A model generated the notes under the pieces. That model made no database searches. It saw only the letters and a program-made list of their open reading frames with translations, and was not told where the DNA came from. Both the position numbers and the translations under genes were made by a program. Positions 10,831 through 20,658 of a stretch of DNA of 64,000 bases are shown piece by piece. This DNA comes from an uncultured Gemmatimonadales bacterium (GTDB lineage: Bacteria > Gemmatimonadota > Gemmatimonadetes > Gemmatimonadales > Gemmatimonadaceae): contig CAWKMU010000004.1 of NCBI GenBank assembly GCA_963850905.1, forward strand, positions 320,001 to 384,000, given 5' to 3'. Within the stretch, counting starts at the first letter, position 1; every line of letters begins with the position of its first letter.

Positions 10831-10880
10831 TCCAACGTCCAACGTATAACGTCTACCCTCCTGCCCATTACCCGTCACCC
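10831..10880. repeat. Heptamer tandem repeats (TCCAACG-type, then CCCGTCA-type)
   Basis: tccaacg tccaacg tataacg tctaccc; cccatta cccgtca ccc. Confidence 0.7.
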
Positions 10881-11332
10881 TACTGCGCCGCGACGGTGCC
10901 GCAGTTCCAGCGCCCTGACGCGGTCTTGTCGTTGAGGACGAACGTGCCCGACTTGCCGTCGGCGCCGACGGTCACGCTGCCGAGTCCACCGTACGCGTCC
11001 TGCGTCGCGGTTTTCCCAAGGTAGAGCATCACGATCACGTTCTTATACGCGCCCGGCCCAGTGAACGGCGCCTTGCTCGCATGCATCGCGTCGGCCATCA
11101 CCGACCCGGGGCCAATCGTGAACGCGAGCGGCGGCAGCGCGTCCGGGCCGAAGACCGCGCCCAACGTCCCGTCAGCTCGCTTGAGGCAATGACCGGAGGA
11201 AACGGTGAGCGCCTTCGGCTTGTCGATCGTCGCGGTCGCACCGGGCCCCTGCGCCGCCGCGCGTCCAGCCCCGGCGATCGCCGTACAAACGCCGAGAGCG
11301 ACCGCCACAGATACCAACCGTGTACTCCTCAT
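10880..11332 (-). CDS. Hypothetical secreted protein
   Basis: Signal peptide MRSTRLVSVAVALGVCTAIAGAGRAAAQ; co-oriented with neighbours; GC-biased codon usage. Confidence 0.65.
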   Translation of the reverse strand: MRSTRLVSVAVALGVCTAIAGAGRAAAQGPGATATIDKPKALTVSSGHCLKRADGTLGAVFGPDALPPLAFTIGPGSVMADAMHASKAPFTGPGAYKNVIVMLYLGKTATQDAYGGLGSVTVGADGKSGTFVLNDKTASGRWNCGTVAAQ

Positions 11333-11349
11333 GCTCTCTCCGAGGTTGT

Positions 11350-12057
11350 TCAAGGCGTGAATCGGTTCACGTGATAGGCGACGTCGCCGCTCATCGTGTC
11401 GATCGTCGCGTGCAGGATCATGGCAGGAATGAGCGAGCCCGACCAGACCGCAATCAGCGCGAAGAGGAGTCCGAGCCCACCGGTCTTGAGAATCCCGCTC
11501 CAGCCGTAGTAAGCGTGGTAAACGCCAAAGAGCACCGCAGTGGCCACGACCGCGCCCACGAGACCCGTGTAGCTCGCCACGACTGCCAGCAAGAACCCGC
11601 GAAAGAACACCTCTTCACAGATACCGGCAGTGATCGCCACGAACGTCCAGAGCTTTCGCTCTTGTGGCGTATGTGGAGTGATCCCCCCGACGGACGCGAC
11701 CTGGGCGCGGAGAGCCGTTGCCAGCTCCGGGCGATCGAGAAGGGCGCGACGTTGCTTGGTCGCGACGATCACGTAGGCCAGCGCCAGGACGAAGCAGATG
11801 CCGAATTCCAGCGGATGCGGTTTCCCGAGCAGAAGCACGCCCCACGGCCGCTTGTCGGCGATCCAGACGAGCGCGATCGCGGCGACGAGCACCCACTGGT
11901 AGACGACGAAATACCGATATGTCGGGAGGCGCGACTGATCATGAACCCCGCGCGCCGGCGCGCGGATCAAACGCGCGAACAGGCCGATCTCGATGGCCAT
12001 GCAGACGATCATGACCACGAGCAGCACGAGATCGACTGTACCCGGCGCGTACATCAC
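11350..12057 (-). CDS. CPBP-family (Abi/CAAX) intramembrane metalloprotease
   Basis: AGICEEVFFRG, LFGVYHAY and MILHATID motifs; multiple TM segments. Confidence 0.92.
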   Translation of the reverse strand: MMYAPGTVDLVLLVVMIVCMAIEIGLFARLIRAPARGVHDQSRLPTYRYFVVYQWVLVAAIALVWIADKRPWGVLLLGKPHPLEFGICFVLALAYVIVATKQRRALLDRPELATALRAQVASVGGITPHTPQERKLWTFVAITAGICEEVFFRGFLLAVVASYTGLVGAVVATAVLFGVYHAYYGWSGILKTGGLGLLFALIAVWSGSLIPAMILHATIDTMSGDVAYHVNRFTP

Positions 12058-12067
12058 CGAACGATCA

Positions 12068-12104
12068 CGTTAGACGTCGGACGTTAGACGTTGGACGCTG
12101 GGCG
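12068..12104. repeat. Heptamer tandem repeat (CGTTAGA-type x5)
   Basis: cgttaga cgtcgga cgttaga cgttgga cgctggg. Confidence 0.8.
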
Positions 12105-12106
12105 TA

Positions 12107-13051
12107 CTACCGGAACACCGCCAGCGGCATGTACGCCGACACGCCCCAGTTCGGCTGATCGACGATCTGCGAGATCTTGAGGTCGGCCGCGAGGCTGCAC
12201 AGGATGTACGCGTCCTCGCGACTCAGCTTCTTCTCGCGACCGAGCCAGTCGATGAGCTCCCGGACCGCGTTCTTGGCGTTGGTCATGAGGTCGGGGCCGA
12301 GCGCCGTCGCAGCATAGTAGCCGCGCACATCGGAGCGGGGCTGCAACGGGCCGGGCGGGGTGCGGAAATGGTAGCGCCACGCCGGCATCTTCCCGCCCTT
12401 GATCACGTTGAAGCGCAGGCTGAAGCGCATCGGACACTCGATGCCGGTGACACACACTTCGCCGTCGCCCTGCGCGGCATGACAATCCCCCGCCGAAAAC
12501 AGCGCGCCCCGCACAAACACAGGGAGATACAACGTGCTCCCCGCGGTGAGATGCCGAGTGTCGATGTTCCCCGCACCCTTGGTCGGCGGCAGTACGTCAA
12601 TTGGGCCCGGTTCGTCGGTCGCGACCCCCATTGTCCCGCAAAACGGTGCGATCGGAATCCGGATGTCGTCGCGCAGGGCGGTGTCATTCCCATTCGACAG
12701 GTCGAAGTATCTGATGTAGGGCGCCTTGAAGTCCTCGGCCAACAATCCAAGGCCCGGGATGATCGCGGCCCAGCCCCAGGCGAGTGGCTCGAGGGACAGG
12801 ATCGACACTTCGAGCGTGTCTCCCGGCTCTGCGCCCCGCACGTAAACCGGTCCCGCCAGGGGATAGAGCTTGTCGAAGTTGAGCGCCGCGAGCGCGGAAG
12901 CTGGCATGCCCGGCTTGAGCTGACCACCGCTCACCTCCTCGGTCTCGCAGTGCACCGTGTCGCCAGGATCGATCTCGATAGCGGGTTTGTTCTTGTAATC
13001 CCACTTGTAGTGGACCCGCTCGGGTGGAATGCGATGCTCGGCCACGGTCAC
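12107..13051 (-). CDS. Acetamidase/formamidase-family protein
   Basis: GPVYVRGAEPGDTL, GNIDTRHL, GDCHAAQGDGEVC, AYILCSLAADL. Confidence 0.93.
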   Translation of the reverse strand: MTVAEHRIPPERVHYKWDYKNKPAIEIDPGDTVHCETEEVSGGQLKPGMPASALAALNFDKLYPLAGPVYVRGAEPGDTLEVSILSLEPLAWGWAAIIPGLGLLAEDFKAPYIRYFDLSNGNDTALRDDIRIPIAPFCGTMGVATDEPGPIDVLPPTKGAGNIDTRHLTAGSTLYLPVFVRGALFSAGDCHAAQGDGEVCVTGIECPMRFSLRFNVIKGGKMPAWRYHFRTPPGPLQPRSDVRGYYAATALGPDLMTNAKNAVRELIDWLGREKKLSREDAYILCSLAADLKISQIVDQPNWGVSAYMPLAVFR

Positions 13052-13058
13052 CTCTCCT

Positions 13059-13200
13059 TGCTAGACGCTGGACGCTAGACGCTACAAGTTGGACGTTAGA
13101 CGTTGGAGGATACCACGGCGGCCAAGCTAGCAGGGCTGTAGCGGCAATCGAGGTTCCTTTCTAACGTCTAGCGTCTAGCGTCTAACATCTAGCGTCTAAC
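13059..13200. repeat. Two mutually inverted heptamer arrays in the divergent intergenic region
   Basis: 13059-13107 has (cgctaga/cgttgga) x7 and 13160-13200 has (tctagcg/tctaacg) x6; the units are reverse complements of each other. Confidence 0.85.
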
Positions 13201-13204
13201 CTCC

Positions 13205-13981
13205 ATGCGCAACCGACTGGTCCTACTCCTTCTTGGCGCAGTGCTGAATAGCGCCGCCGCTCCGCTCTACGCGCAGGATGCGAAGCCACAAGACACCGAG
13301 GTGTGGCAGCCGGTACCCCCGGTCGTCACACCGGGCGCTGCTGTCGGCGCGCCGCCATCCGACGCGATCGTGCTGTTCGATGGCAAGAACCTGGACCAGT
13401 GGGTGTCGGTCCGCGACAAGACTGCAGCCAATTGGACCGTGGCCGATGGCATTGTCACGGTCAACAAGGCCGCGGGAGACATCGAAACCAAGCGGTCGTT
13501 CACGAACTTCCAGCTGCACGTCGAGTGGCGCATTCCCGCCAACGTTACCGGCAGCGGCCAGGAGCGAGGCAACAGCGGCGTGTTTCTCGCCGCACTCCCG
13601 AGTGGTATCTACGAGCTGCAGATCGTGGATTCCTACAACAACCCGACGTACGTCAACGGCATGGCCGGCAGCATCTACAAGGAAAGCATCCCGCCCGTGA
13701 ATCCGAGTCGCAAGCCGGGCGAGTGGCAGAGCTACGACGTCGTGTGGACCGCGCCCACGTTTAACGCCGACGGCTCATTGAAGACTCCGGCCTACGCCAC
13801 CATCTTCTTCAATGGCGTCCTCGTCGCCAATCACTTCCAGCTCAAGGGCGAGACGAAGAACACCGGTCAGCCGGCGTACCATTCCTACACCACCGCGCCC
13901 ATCGCCCTGCAAGCCCACGGCGACCCGAGTCCGCCGATCAGTTTTCGCAATATCTGGGTGCGGGAACTGGCCCCGCAGTAA
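13205..13981 (+). CDS. DUF1080 / 3-keto-disaccharide hydrolase-family protein
   Basis: PPSDAIVLFDGKNL, LHVEWRIP, GNSGVFL, YELQIVDS, GEWQSYDV, LQAHG..ISFRNIWVREL. Confidence 0.92.
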   Translation: MRNRLVLLLLGAVLNSAAAPLYAQDAKPQDTEVWQPVPPVVTPGAAVGAPPSDAIVLFDGKNLDQWVSVRDKTAANWTVADGIVTVNKAAGDIETKRSFTNFQLHVEWRIPANVTGSGQERGNSGVFLAALPSGIYELQIVDSYNNPTYVNGMAGSIYKESIPPVNPSRKPGEWQSYDVVWTAPTFNADGSLKTPAYATIFFNGVLVANHFQLKGETKNTGQPAYHSYTTAPIALQAHGDPSPPISFRNIWVRELAPQ

Positions 13982-13988
13982 GATCAGC

Positions 13989-14834
13989 CTAGTCCTCGAG
14001 CGCCGGCATAGTCGCCAACACGTCCCGCGCCCATGGCCGATCGACGACCGGCTCGTCCCGCTGCACGCGTCCGTCGCGAAACACGATGATCCGGTGCGCG
14101 AACTGCGCGATGTCCGCCTCGTGCGTCACCATCACGACCGTGAGACCCAGATCGTTGAGGTCCTGCAGGACTTGCATGATCTCCACCGACGTGCGGCTGT
14201 CGAGGTTCCCGGTCGGTTCATCGGCCAGTAACAAGGCCGGCCGATTGACCAGCGCGCGCGCAATGGCGACTCGCTGTTGTTGGCCGCCAGACAGCTGCGA
14301 GGGGAAGTGCTCGGCGCGTTCGGCGAGCCCCACGGTCGCCAGCGCGGCATTCGCGCGCGCGCTCCGCTCGGCCTTGTCGAGGCGCGTGTAGAGTGTCGGC
14401 AGTTCGACATTCTCGAGGGCTGTCGTGCGCGCCAATAAGTGGAACCCCTGGAACACGAATCCCAGCTTGCGGTTTCGGATGCCGGCCAGCGTCTCCTTAT
14501 TGAGGGTGGAGACGTCGATCCCGTCGAGCAAATAGCGGCCCGTCGTCGGGCGATCGAGACAGCCCAGGATATTCATGAAGGTCGACTTCCCGCTGCCACT
14601 TGCGCCCATGATGGCGACGAAGCTCCCGCGCTTCACGCTCAAGCTGACACCGCGCAGCGCGTGCACGCGTGTCTCGCCAAGGTCGTAGTACCGGTTGAGC
14701 TCCTCGACCCGAATCATCTCGCCGCCCAGCGCTTGGTGTTCGCCATCGGCGTCGCTGGACGAACCTGTCGCGTCGTGGGCTGCCACGCCAGTGAAGCGCT
14801 GGCGCATCTCGCGGGCAAGCTGTGTGAACGGCAC
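13989..14834 (-). CDS. ABC transporter ATP-binding protein (MacB/LolD-like)
   Basis: Walker A GASGSGKST, signature LSGGQQQ, Walker B LLLADEPTGNLD. Confidence 0.95.
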   Translation of the reverse strand: MPFTQLAREMRQRFTGVAAHDATGSSSDADGEHQALGGEMIRVEELNRYYDLGETRVHALRGVSLSVKRGSFVAIMGASGSGKSTFMNILGCLDRPTTGRYLLDGIDVSTLNKETLAGIRNRKLGFVFQGFHLLARTTALENVELPTLYTRLDKAERSARANAALATVGLAERAEHFPSQLSGGQQQRVAIARALVNRPALLLADEPTGNLDSRTSVEIMQVLQDLNDLGLTVVMVTHEADIAQFAHRIIVFRDGRVQRDEPVVDRPWARDVLATMPALED

Positions 14835-14852
14835 GGTGCGATCGCGAGCGGC

Positions 14853-16202
14853 CTATCGCCGCGCGCCGCTTTGTGCGACGGATCCGGTAATGACGTCGTC
14901 ACCCGTGTTCAACGTGCCCTTGGTCACTGCGACGACCTCGGTGTAGGCGTGGTCGGTGATGCCGACCGCCAGTTGCACGGGCTCGACATCGCCGCCGTTG
15001 GTGCGCTTCCAGACGATAGCCCTCTCCTGCGCCTGAGCAGCGTGCCCGGCCGGCCGGTGGGTCGGCGAGTTCGACGCCGGGATCGTTGCTGCCGTATCGT
15101 CCGCCGGAGTGAAGCCGGTGCGCTCCGTCGCGTGATCGTCAATGCCCGCGCGGACGTACAACCGGTGCAGCTCAGCGGGCTTCAGCGGGGGACGATATCG
15201 GAGCGCGCTGTTGGGCACCTTCACCACGTCGTGCACGCTGGCCACGGGGACCGTGACGTATGCGGTCATCCCGGGGAAGAGCTTGACATCCGGATTGGCA
15301 AAATCGATGATCGTGCTGTACGTGACGACGTTCTGGACCGTCGTCGCGTTCATGCGAATCTGGCTCACGATTCCCTTGAATGTCTCCTTCGGGAACGCGT
15401 CGACCTTGAACGTGACCTCTCGTCCGAGCCGCACCCGGCCCACGTCGGACTCGTCGGTCGCGGCGTAGAGCTGCATCTTGGTCAGGTCCTGCGCGATGGT
15501 GAAGACCGTCGGCGCCTGCAGCGAGGCGGCAACCGTCTGCCCGACGTCGACGTTGCGCGCGACCACGGTGCCATCGATCGGCGAGCGGATGACCGTGTAC
15601 TCGATGTTGGCGCGCGCGACATCGACCGCTGCGGCCTTGAGCTTGACCTGGGCCTTGGCCTGCGCCAACGCCGCCACCGCCCCATCGACCGTCGCCTGAG
15701 AGACATCGACCGTCGCCTTCATGTCTGTCAGCGTTTGCGCCGTCGCGTAGTCCCTGGCCACGAGGGGGACGTAACGGTCGTAGTCGCTCTTGGTCTGTGC
15801 CAGAGTGGCCTGCGCCTTTTCGAGATCCGCCTGAGCGGCGACGACACTCGCCTGGGCGCTCTCGAGGTCCGCGGTCGCCTGCTCCAGGGCCGCCCGGAAG
15901 AGAGTGGGATCGATGAGCGCGATGATGTCGCCGCGGTGGACTCGGGAGTTGAAATCGGCGCGAAGCGTGGCGATCTGTCCGGACACCTGGGAGCCGACTT
16001 GCACGGTCGTCACGGCGTTGACGGTACCGGTGGCGTCGACGACGTCGTGGATGTCGCCGCGTGTCACGGGTGCCGTGAAGTATTGCACGTGCGATCCACC
16101 GCGTAGCTTGAAGGCGGCGAATGCGACGACGAGCGCGACACCACCGATGGTGACGGCCCAGCGGATACGTCGTGGCGAGGTTGCGCTCGTGCCGTCACTC
16201 AT
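14853..16202 (-). CDS. Efflux periplasmic adaptor subunit (MacA/HlyD-like)
   Basis: VGSQVSGQI, IRSPIDGTVV.RNVDVGQTVAASLQAP; ATG at 16202 overlaps the 3' end of the permease gene. Confidence 0.93.
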   Translation of the reverse strand: MSDGTSATSPRRIRWAVTIGGVALVVAFAAFKLRGGSHVQYFTAPVTRGDIHDVVDATGTVNAVTTVQVGSQVSGQIATLRADFNSRVHRGDIIALIDPTLFRAALEQATADLESAQASVVAAQADLEKAQATLAQTKSDYDRYVPLVARDYATAQTLTDMKATVDVSQATVDGAVAALAQAKAQVKLKAAAVDVARANIEYTVIRSPIDGTVVARNVDVGQTVAASLQAPTVFTIAQDLTKMQLYAATDESDVGRVRLGREVTFKVDAFPKETFKGIVSQIRMNATTVQNVVTYSTIIDFANPDVKLFPGMTAYVTVPVASVHDVVKVPNSALRYRPPLKPAELHRLYVRAGIDDHATERTGFTPADDTAATIPASNSPTHRPAGHAAQAQERAIVWKRTNGGDVEPVQLAVGITDHAYTEVVAVTKGTLNTGDDVITGSVAQSGARR

Positions 16203-17412
16203 AGCGGAGGGCATCAATGGGATCCAGGAGCGCGGCTTTGCGCGCGGGGTAATAGCCGAAGAACACACCGACGGCGATCGAGAACAGTGCGGCCAGGATC
16301 ACCGCCTCGACCGAGAGTTGCATGGCCCAGCCGAGGGCTCGGCCGCCGACGATGGAGACCAGGATGCCGAGGAGCACGCCGGCCGCACCGCCGACGAGGC
16401 TCAAGAGCACCGACTCTCCCAGGAACTGGAGTTGAATCGCGCTCTCGGTCGCGCCGACCGCGACGCGCACACCGATCTCGCGGGTGCGTTCGGTGACGGA
16501 GACGAGCATCACGTTCATGATGCCGATGCCACCGACGATGAGGGAGATCGATGCGATCGCGGCCAGCAGGAGGGTGAGCGTACGGCTGGCCTCGAGCTGC
16601 GCCTGGATGATGTCCTCGGGGTTGCGGATGTTGAAATCGTCGTCCTGTTCCGGCCGCAGCCAATGCCGGTCGCGGAGGAGGGCGGCCGCCTGTTGGCCGG
16701 CCAGTTTGATGGCAGAAGGCGAGACGGCCGAGCACATGATGTCATCCAACCAGTCGACGCCGCGGATTTTCTTCATGACCGTCGTGTACGGCATGATGAC
16801 GACATCATCCTGGTCCTGGCCCGACATCGACAGACCTTTCGGTTGAAGCGTTGCCACCACTCGGCACGGCAGGCCGGTGACTCGAATGACCTTGCCGAGT
16901 GGGTCCTCGTTGGGAAAGAGTTGTTGCTGCACCGTTAGGCCGATCACGCAGACGTCCGCCGCTCGATCGACATCGTCGGTCGAGAACAACGCACCTTCGA
17001 CCGCGTACCATCGCTTGATGTCGAAGAATTCCGGCGCGACGCCGCGGTAGTTCGTGAACCAGTTCTGGTTGCGATAGACGATCTGGATCGACCCATCAAG
17101 ATTGGGCGACAGCGCCTTGATGAGCGGGACCTGATTCTTGATGGCCGAGGCGTCAGCCAAGGTCAGGCTTTTCGTGCCATGCACGCCGGTCCGCACGCCG
17201 TTGACGGCCCGGCCCCCCGCCTGGATCCAGACGAAGTTGTCGCCCAGGTTGCTGAGCTGCTCCTCGACGCGCGCCTGCCCGGCCTTGCCGATGGCCACGA
17301 CACAGATGACCGCCGCGATCCCAATCGTGATCCCGAGGATCGTGAGGAGACTCCGCATCTTGTTGCGGAGCAGCGTCCAGATGGACGAGGCGAGGAGAGC
17401 CCAGTAGTTCAA
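16195..17412 (-). CDS. MacB-type ABC transporter permease
   Basis: NKMRSLLTILGITIGIAAV, GGIGIMNVMLVSVTERTREIG, YPARKAALLDPIDALRYE. Confidence 0.95.
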   Translation of the reverse strand: MNYWALLASSIWTLLRNKMRSLLTILGITIGIAAVICVVAIGKAGQARVEEQLSNLGDNFVWIQAGGRAVNGVRTGVHGTKSLTLADASAIKNQVPLIKALSPNLDGSIQIVYRNQNWFTNYRGVAPEFFDIKRWYAVEGALFSTDDVDRAADVCVIGLTVQQQLFPNEDPLGKVIRVTGLPCRVVATLQPKGLSMSGQDQDDVVIMPYTTVMKKIRGVDWLDDIMCSAVSPSAIKLAGQQAAALLRDRHWLRPEQDDDFNIRNPEDIIQAQLEASRTLTLLLAAIASISLIVGGIGIMNVMLVSVTERTREIGVRVAVGATESAIQLQFLGESVLLSLVGGAAGVLLGILVSIVGGRALGWAMQLSVEAVILAALFSIAVGVFFGYYPARKAALLDPIDALRYE

Positions 17413-17416
17413 AGGC

Positions 17417-17750
17417 GGGGTGACGGGTTACGGGTTTCGGGAACAGCAGGCGAAGGCCGGCGAGTCAGCACCGACATGACCCAGGTAGGGCCGTCAGGCT
17501 TGCACAACAATCACATCCACCGACCCGCGGCACCATACCGCACCCGGTTGACCGCCCATATCGAATGCCGGTATAGCGGGCCGACCCCTAGCGCCGTGCG
17601 TGCCGCACGTAGGGCTGGCCACGAAGCCACCGGCGGTCGGCGGGGCACTCGGGAGTCTCGCCGTCCATCCGACTTGTAGGGGTAGCCTTCAGGCCGCCCA
17701 TCCGCTGTCCGTATGGTTGTCGTTGCCGTCACCCGTCACCCGTCACCCCA
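17417..17750. repeat. Inverted heptamer arrays (GGGTGAC / GTCACCC) bracketing about 280 bp of non-coding DNA
   Basis: 17417-17441 ggggtgacgggttacgggtttcggg; 17726-17749 ccgtcacccgtcacccgtcacccc. Confidence 0.65.
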
Positions 17751-17761
17751 GCCCTTCCCCC

Positions 17762-20182
17762 TCACTGCACTCTCACAATTCCGACCCGAAACCCACTCAA
17801 TGGCGAGATCGGCCCCCCAGCCCCGCTCAGGAGCTGCAGCTGCTCGTCGATCGCGGCCGGGCCGTTGGGCAGGAGCCAATACGTTTTGCCGGTCCCCGGG
17901 ATGCTGGTCCTCTTGAACTGGAATGGCCCCGGCGCGAGGAGATACGGTCGGAGCGGCGCGGGAAGCGGATAGAACGACGCCTGCGTGAAGAGCACCGCAT
18001 AGATGTTCCGCAGGTCGAAGCTCGGCACCGTGACGCGCGGGTCCTGCGGGATGAACGACGCGGAGTCGAGCAGCGTCGATTGGTCGAGCGCAGTCGCGAG
18101 ACTCCAGTAGACCAGCATGTCGGGCACCGGAGCACCCGTGGCGCTGCTCACGTTGGCGAGCCCGTGGAGGCTGGTGTTGGTAATCATCGACTTGATGAAT
18201 CCACCTTCGGCGGCGGCGCTCGAGCCGGTCGCGTAGTTGTCGATCGCCCAGCGTGCGAAGTTCCACCCGGCGCCGTATTTCCCTTCTATGGATCCTGAGA
18301 AGGACTCCTGTGGCGAGAGGCCCGTGCTGTCGGTCTCCTCGAGGAAGGTGAAGAGAAATGGGAAGTGGCTGAACGTGAAGGTGAACGGGCTGTTGGCCGT
18401 CTGGCACGGCAGCGGGTCGAAGAACGTCGGTTCGCACCCGATCGTCTGATCGAACCCTGCGTCCGAGCGCCAGCTGGCCAGGTTGTAGTTGCGTCCCCAG
18501 ATCTCCGATGAGACCTGAGCCAGTCCTTCCTCGAGCCAGACGAGCTCCGGCTCATATGTGCCGCCGATGATGTGATCACCGATCGAGACCACGTGCTTGC
18601 TCTCGTGGGCGGCGGTCGAGCGCGCGAATGCCTCCCAGTCGCTCACGTCGAACCCGCTCGCGGATGGGACGGACATGTAGATCATCTCGGTCAGGTTCGA
18701 GAATGGATTCACGCTGCGCGAGTAGAAGTCGCAAGGGCTGACCATGGCAATGATACCACCCGCGAAGGTGTTGATGACCGGCGTGAACACGATCGTGACC
18801 TTACCGGCGCCCGAGAGATCCTGATCGAGCTGCAGCGGGTCGCCGATGTAGGTCAGCAGGTGCTTCGCGTAGGTCAGCGTGTCATACTCGACGCCGAACC
18901 GGTGGTAGTAGGCGGAGTCGAACCGGAATGGCGATGGCCAGTTCGTGAGGCTGGTATCGGCGAGCACTTGCACGTGGGTGCCTGTGTAGACCGTTCGGGC
19001 CCCGATCGAATCGACCTGACTGCACATTCCCAGCAGTGCGGTGCGCACGTATACCTTGTTCACATTGCCGACCTTGGTGCCGACGAGCGACCGCGCTGTG
19101 ACGCCTGGCGGCTGTGTGCGGCGCGAGGCAGCATCGGCTCGCAGTTGCGGCAACGGATTGCCGTAGCGCTCGAGGATGCGCCGATTGTCCTCGAGGACGG
19201 CGAGGTGATTGCGCACTGAGCGTCGCATGAATGCCATCTCGCGCCGGTACGCGGGCGGAATCGGGGTCGTAGCTGGACGAATCTGGCCGGGTGACACCTG
19301 GCGCGGCTGTGAGGCAACCCCGTGGGTGGGGGTTCGACTCCGGACCGCCGTGCTCACGCCGACCAACGATCCCGCGATCTGAAAGTCCTCGAGCGACGCG
19401 GAGCCAGAGTCGGTGTTGACGACGGTGATGAGATAAATGCCGTTCGGGGCGAGTGAGAGTGTCGTCTCGAAGGCGGGCGAGCCCGTGAAGATGGCGGCCT
19501 GCCCGACAGCGAGCGACGTCACGTTGGTGGGACATGTGACGCCAATGTTGACGACGAGCGGTGCACTGCCTGTGAGGCCTGCATAGGGCGTTGGTGATGG
19601 GGGCGTGCAGCCGGTTGGCACGTTCGACACGGTGATCGAGCCAGCACCTTTGCCGATGGGGATGCCGGTGACCGAGTACGTGCCCGTGGCCAATGTCGTG
19701 ACCGAAGGCAGTGCGGTGGTGCCCGACGGCGTGACGGTCACGGTCGCGTTGGGGACGCCGACGCCGCCTGGATTGGTGGCGACGGTCCCCGAGATCGTGC
19801 CACCTGGCGGGTGGCAGGTAACCGTGATGTTGGCGGTTGCCGTCGCGCCTGGGGTCGCCAGCGAGTATGGCGTCGGGTTGGGTGTGGCGCAGCCACTGGG
19901 GAGCTTCGATACCGCAACCATGCCGCTGCCAATGGGCACGTCGGCGACCTGGTAGGCGCCGCTGGTGTCGGTGATGACTGCGGGGAGCGCGGACCCGTTT
20001 GTGGGCGTCACGACGACATTGACGCCGGCCAGTCCCCTGCCGAGGCTACTCGAGACGATGCCGGAGAGCGATCCGTTTCTGGGCGCAGTCAACGAGTGGG
20101 AGCACGCGCTTGTCGCAACCACCGAAGCGAGCGCGATGATCCTGATTACGCGACTTGCACGGTGACTGCGGGTGTGCACCAC
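17762..20182 (-). CDS. Lipoprotein with carboxypeptidase-regulatory-like domains and a C-terminal HExxH zinc metallopeptidase domain (M30-like)
   Basis: Lipobox TSAC; two G.ISG.V...G.....V.VTP..G..LP.V.T...G.Y repeats; AAHESKH followed by WLEEGLA. Confidence 0.7.
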   Translation of the reverse strand: MVHTRSHRASRVIRIIALASVVATSACSHSLTAPRNGSLSGIVSSSLGRGLAGVNVVVTPTNGSALPAVITDTSGAYQVADVPIGSGMVAVSKLPSGCATPNPTPYSLATPGATATANITVTCHPPGGTISGTVATNPGGVGVPNATVTVTPSGTTALPSVTTLATGTYSVTGIPIGKGAGSITVSNVPTGCTPPSPTPYAGLTGSAPLVVNIGVTCPTNVTSLAVGQAAIFTGSPAFETTLSLAPNGIYLITVVNTDSGSASLEDFQIAGSLVGVSTAVRSRTPTHGVASQPRQVSPGQIRPATTPIPPAYRREMAFMRRSVRNHLAVLEDNRRILERYGNPLPQLRADAASRRTQPPGVTARSLVGTKVGNVNKVYVRTALLGMCSQVDSIGARTVYTGTHVQVLADTSLTNWPSPFRFDSAYYHRFGVEYDTLTYAKHLLTYIGDPLQLDQDLSGAGKVTIVFTPVINTFAGGIIAMVSPCDFYSRSVNPFSNLTEMIYMSVPSASGFDVSDWEAFARSTAAHESKHVVSIGDHIIGGTYEPELVWLEEGLAQVSSEIWGRNYNLASWRSDAGFDQTIGCEPTFFDPLPCQTANSPFTFTFSHFPFLFTFLEETDSTGLSPQESFSGSIEGKYGAGWNFARWAIDNYATGSSAAAEGGFIKSMITNTSLHGLANVSSATGAPVPDMLVYWSLATALDQSTLLDSASFIPQDPRVTVPSFDLRNIYAVLFTQASFYPLPAPLRPYLLAPGPFQFKRTSIPGTGKTYWLLPNGPAAIDEQLQLLSGAGGPISPLSGFRVGIVRVQ

Positions 20183-20658
20183 TGTCCGTCACCTTCGGCT
20201 GCTCTGGTCCAGCACACGACAACCGCGAACGCTTGGGGGTGCGCGTGCGTAGAGGTCCGACGCTACTTGTCGGCTCGCTACCGGCGCGCATGAGAACGCG
20301 CCGAACCATATCAAGTCCGGGAAGATCGAGCAATGGCGAATTTGCCGAGCTGTGCTGATGCGGATGGCTGGCTCGACAGTGCGCTTCGGTCAGGTCGTCT
20401 CGTTTTGCCGTCGCACCGAACGAGATGTGTCGCCACTCGTACCAATGAGCGCCCATGCATCACGGGTCGCTGGCCAACGGGTCGAACATCGTGTCGCGAC
20501 GGCGCCTTCCTCGCCATCTTTATCACCGCCACATGTCTTCGCGGCGAACTCGCGTTCTTGAGTAGTTTGTCTACTTTCAACTTTCTGTTGTTCTACTTTC
20601 TCGGGCGCGTGAGCGCCCGTCGCCCGGGACTGGCGGGCGGCGACATGGAGCGGAGAAC

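Noticed and set aside
12068..13200. GTTAGAC/GTCTAAC heptamers as integron attC core sites
   Set aside because: They are tandem arrays, and the order (GTTRRRY before RYYYAAC) is the reverse of an attC site.
19331..19342. GGTTCGACTCC, similar to a tRNA T-loop
   Set aside because: It lies inside a CDS and has no cloverleaf around it.
20183..20658. Small ORFs in the intergenic gaps at 20.2-20.6 kb, 35.0-35.4 kb and 40.1-40.7 kb
   Set aside because: No recognisable motifs, RBS or codon bias; treated as non-coding.
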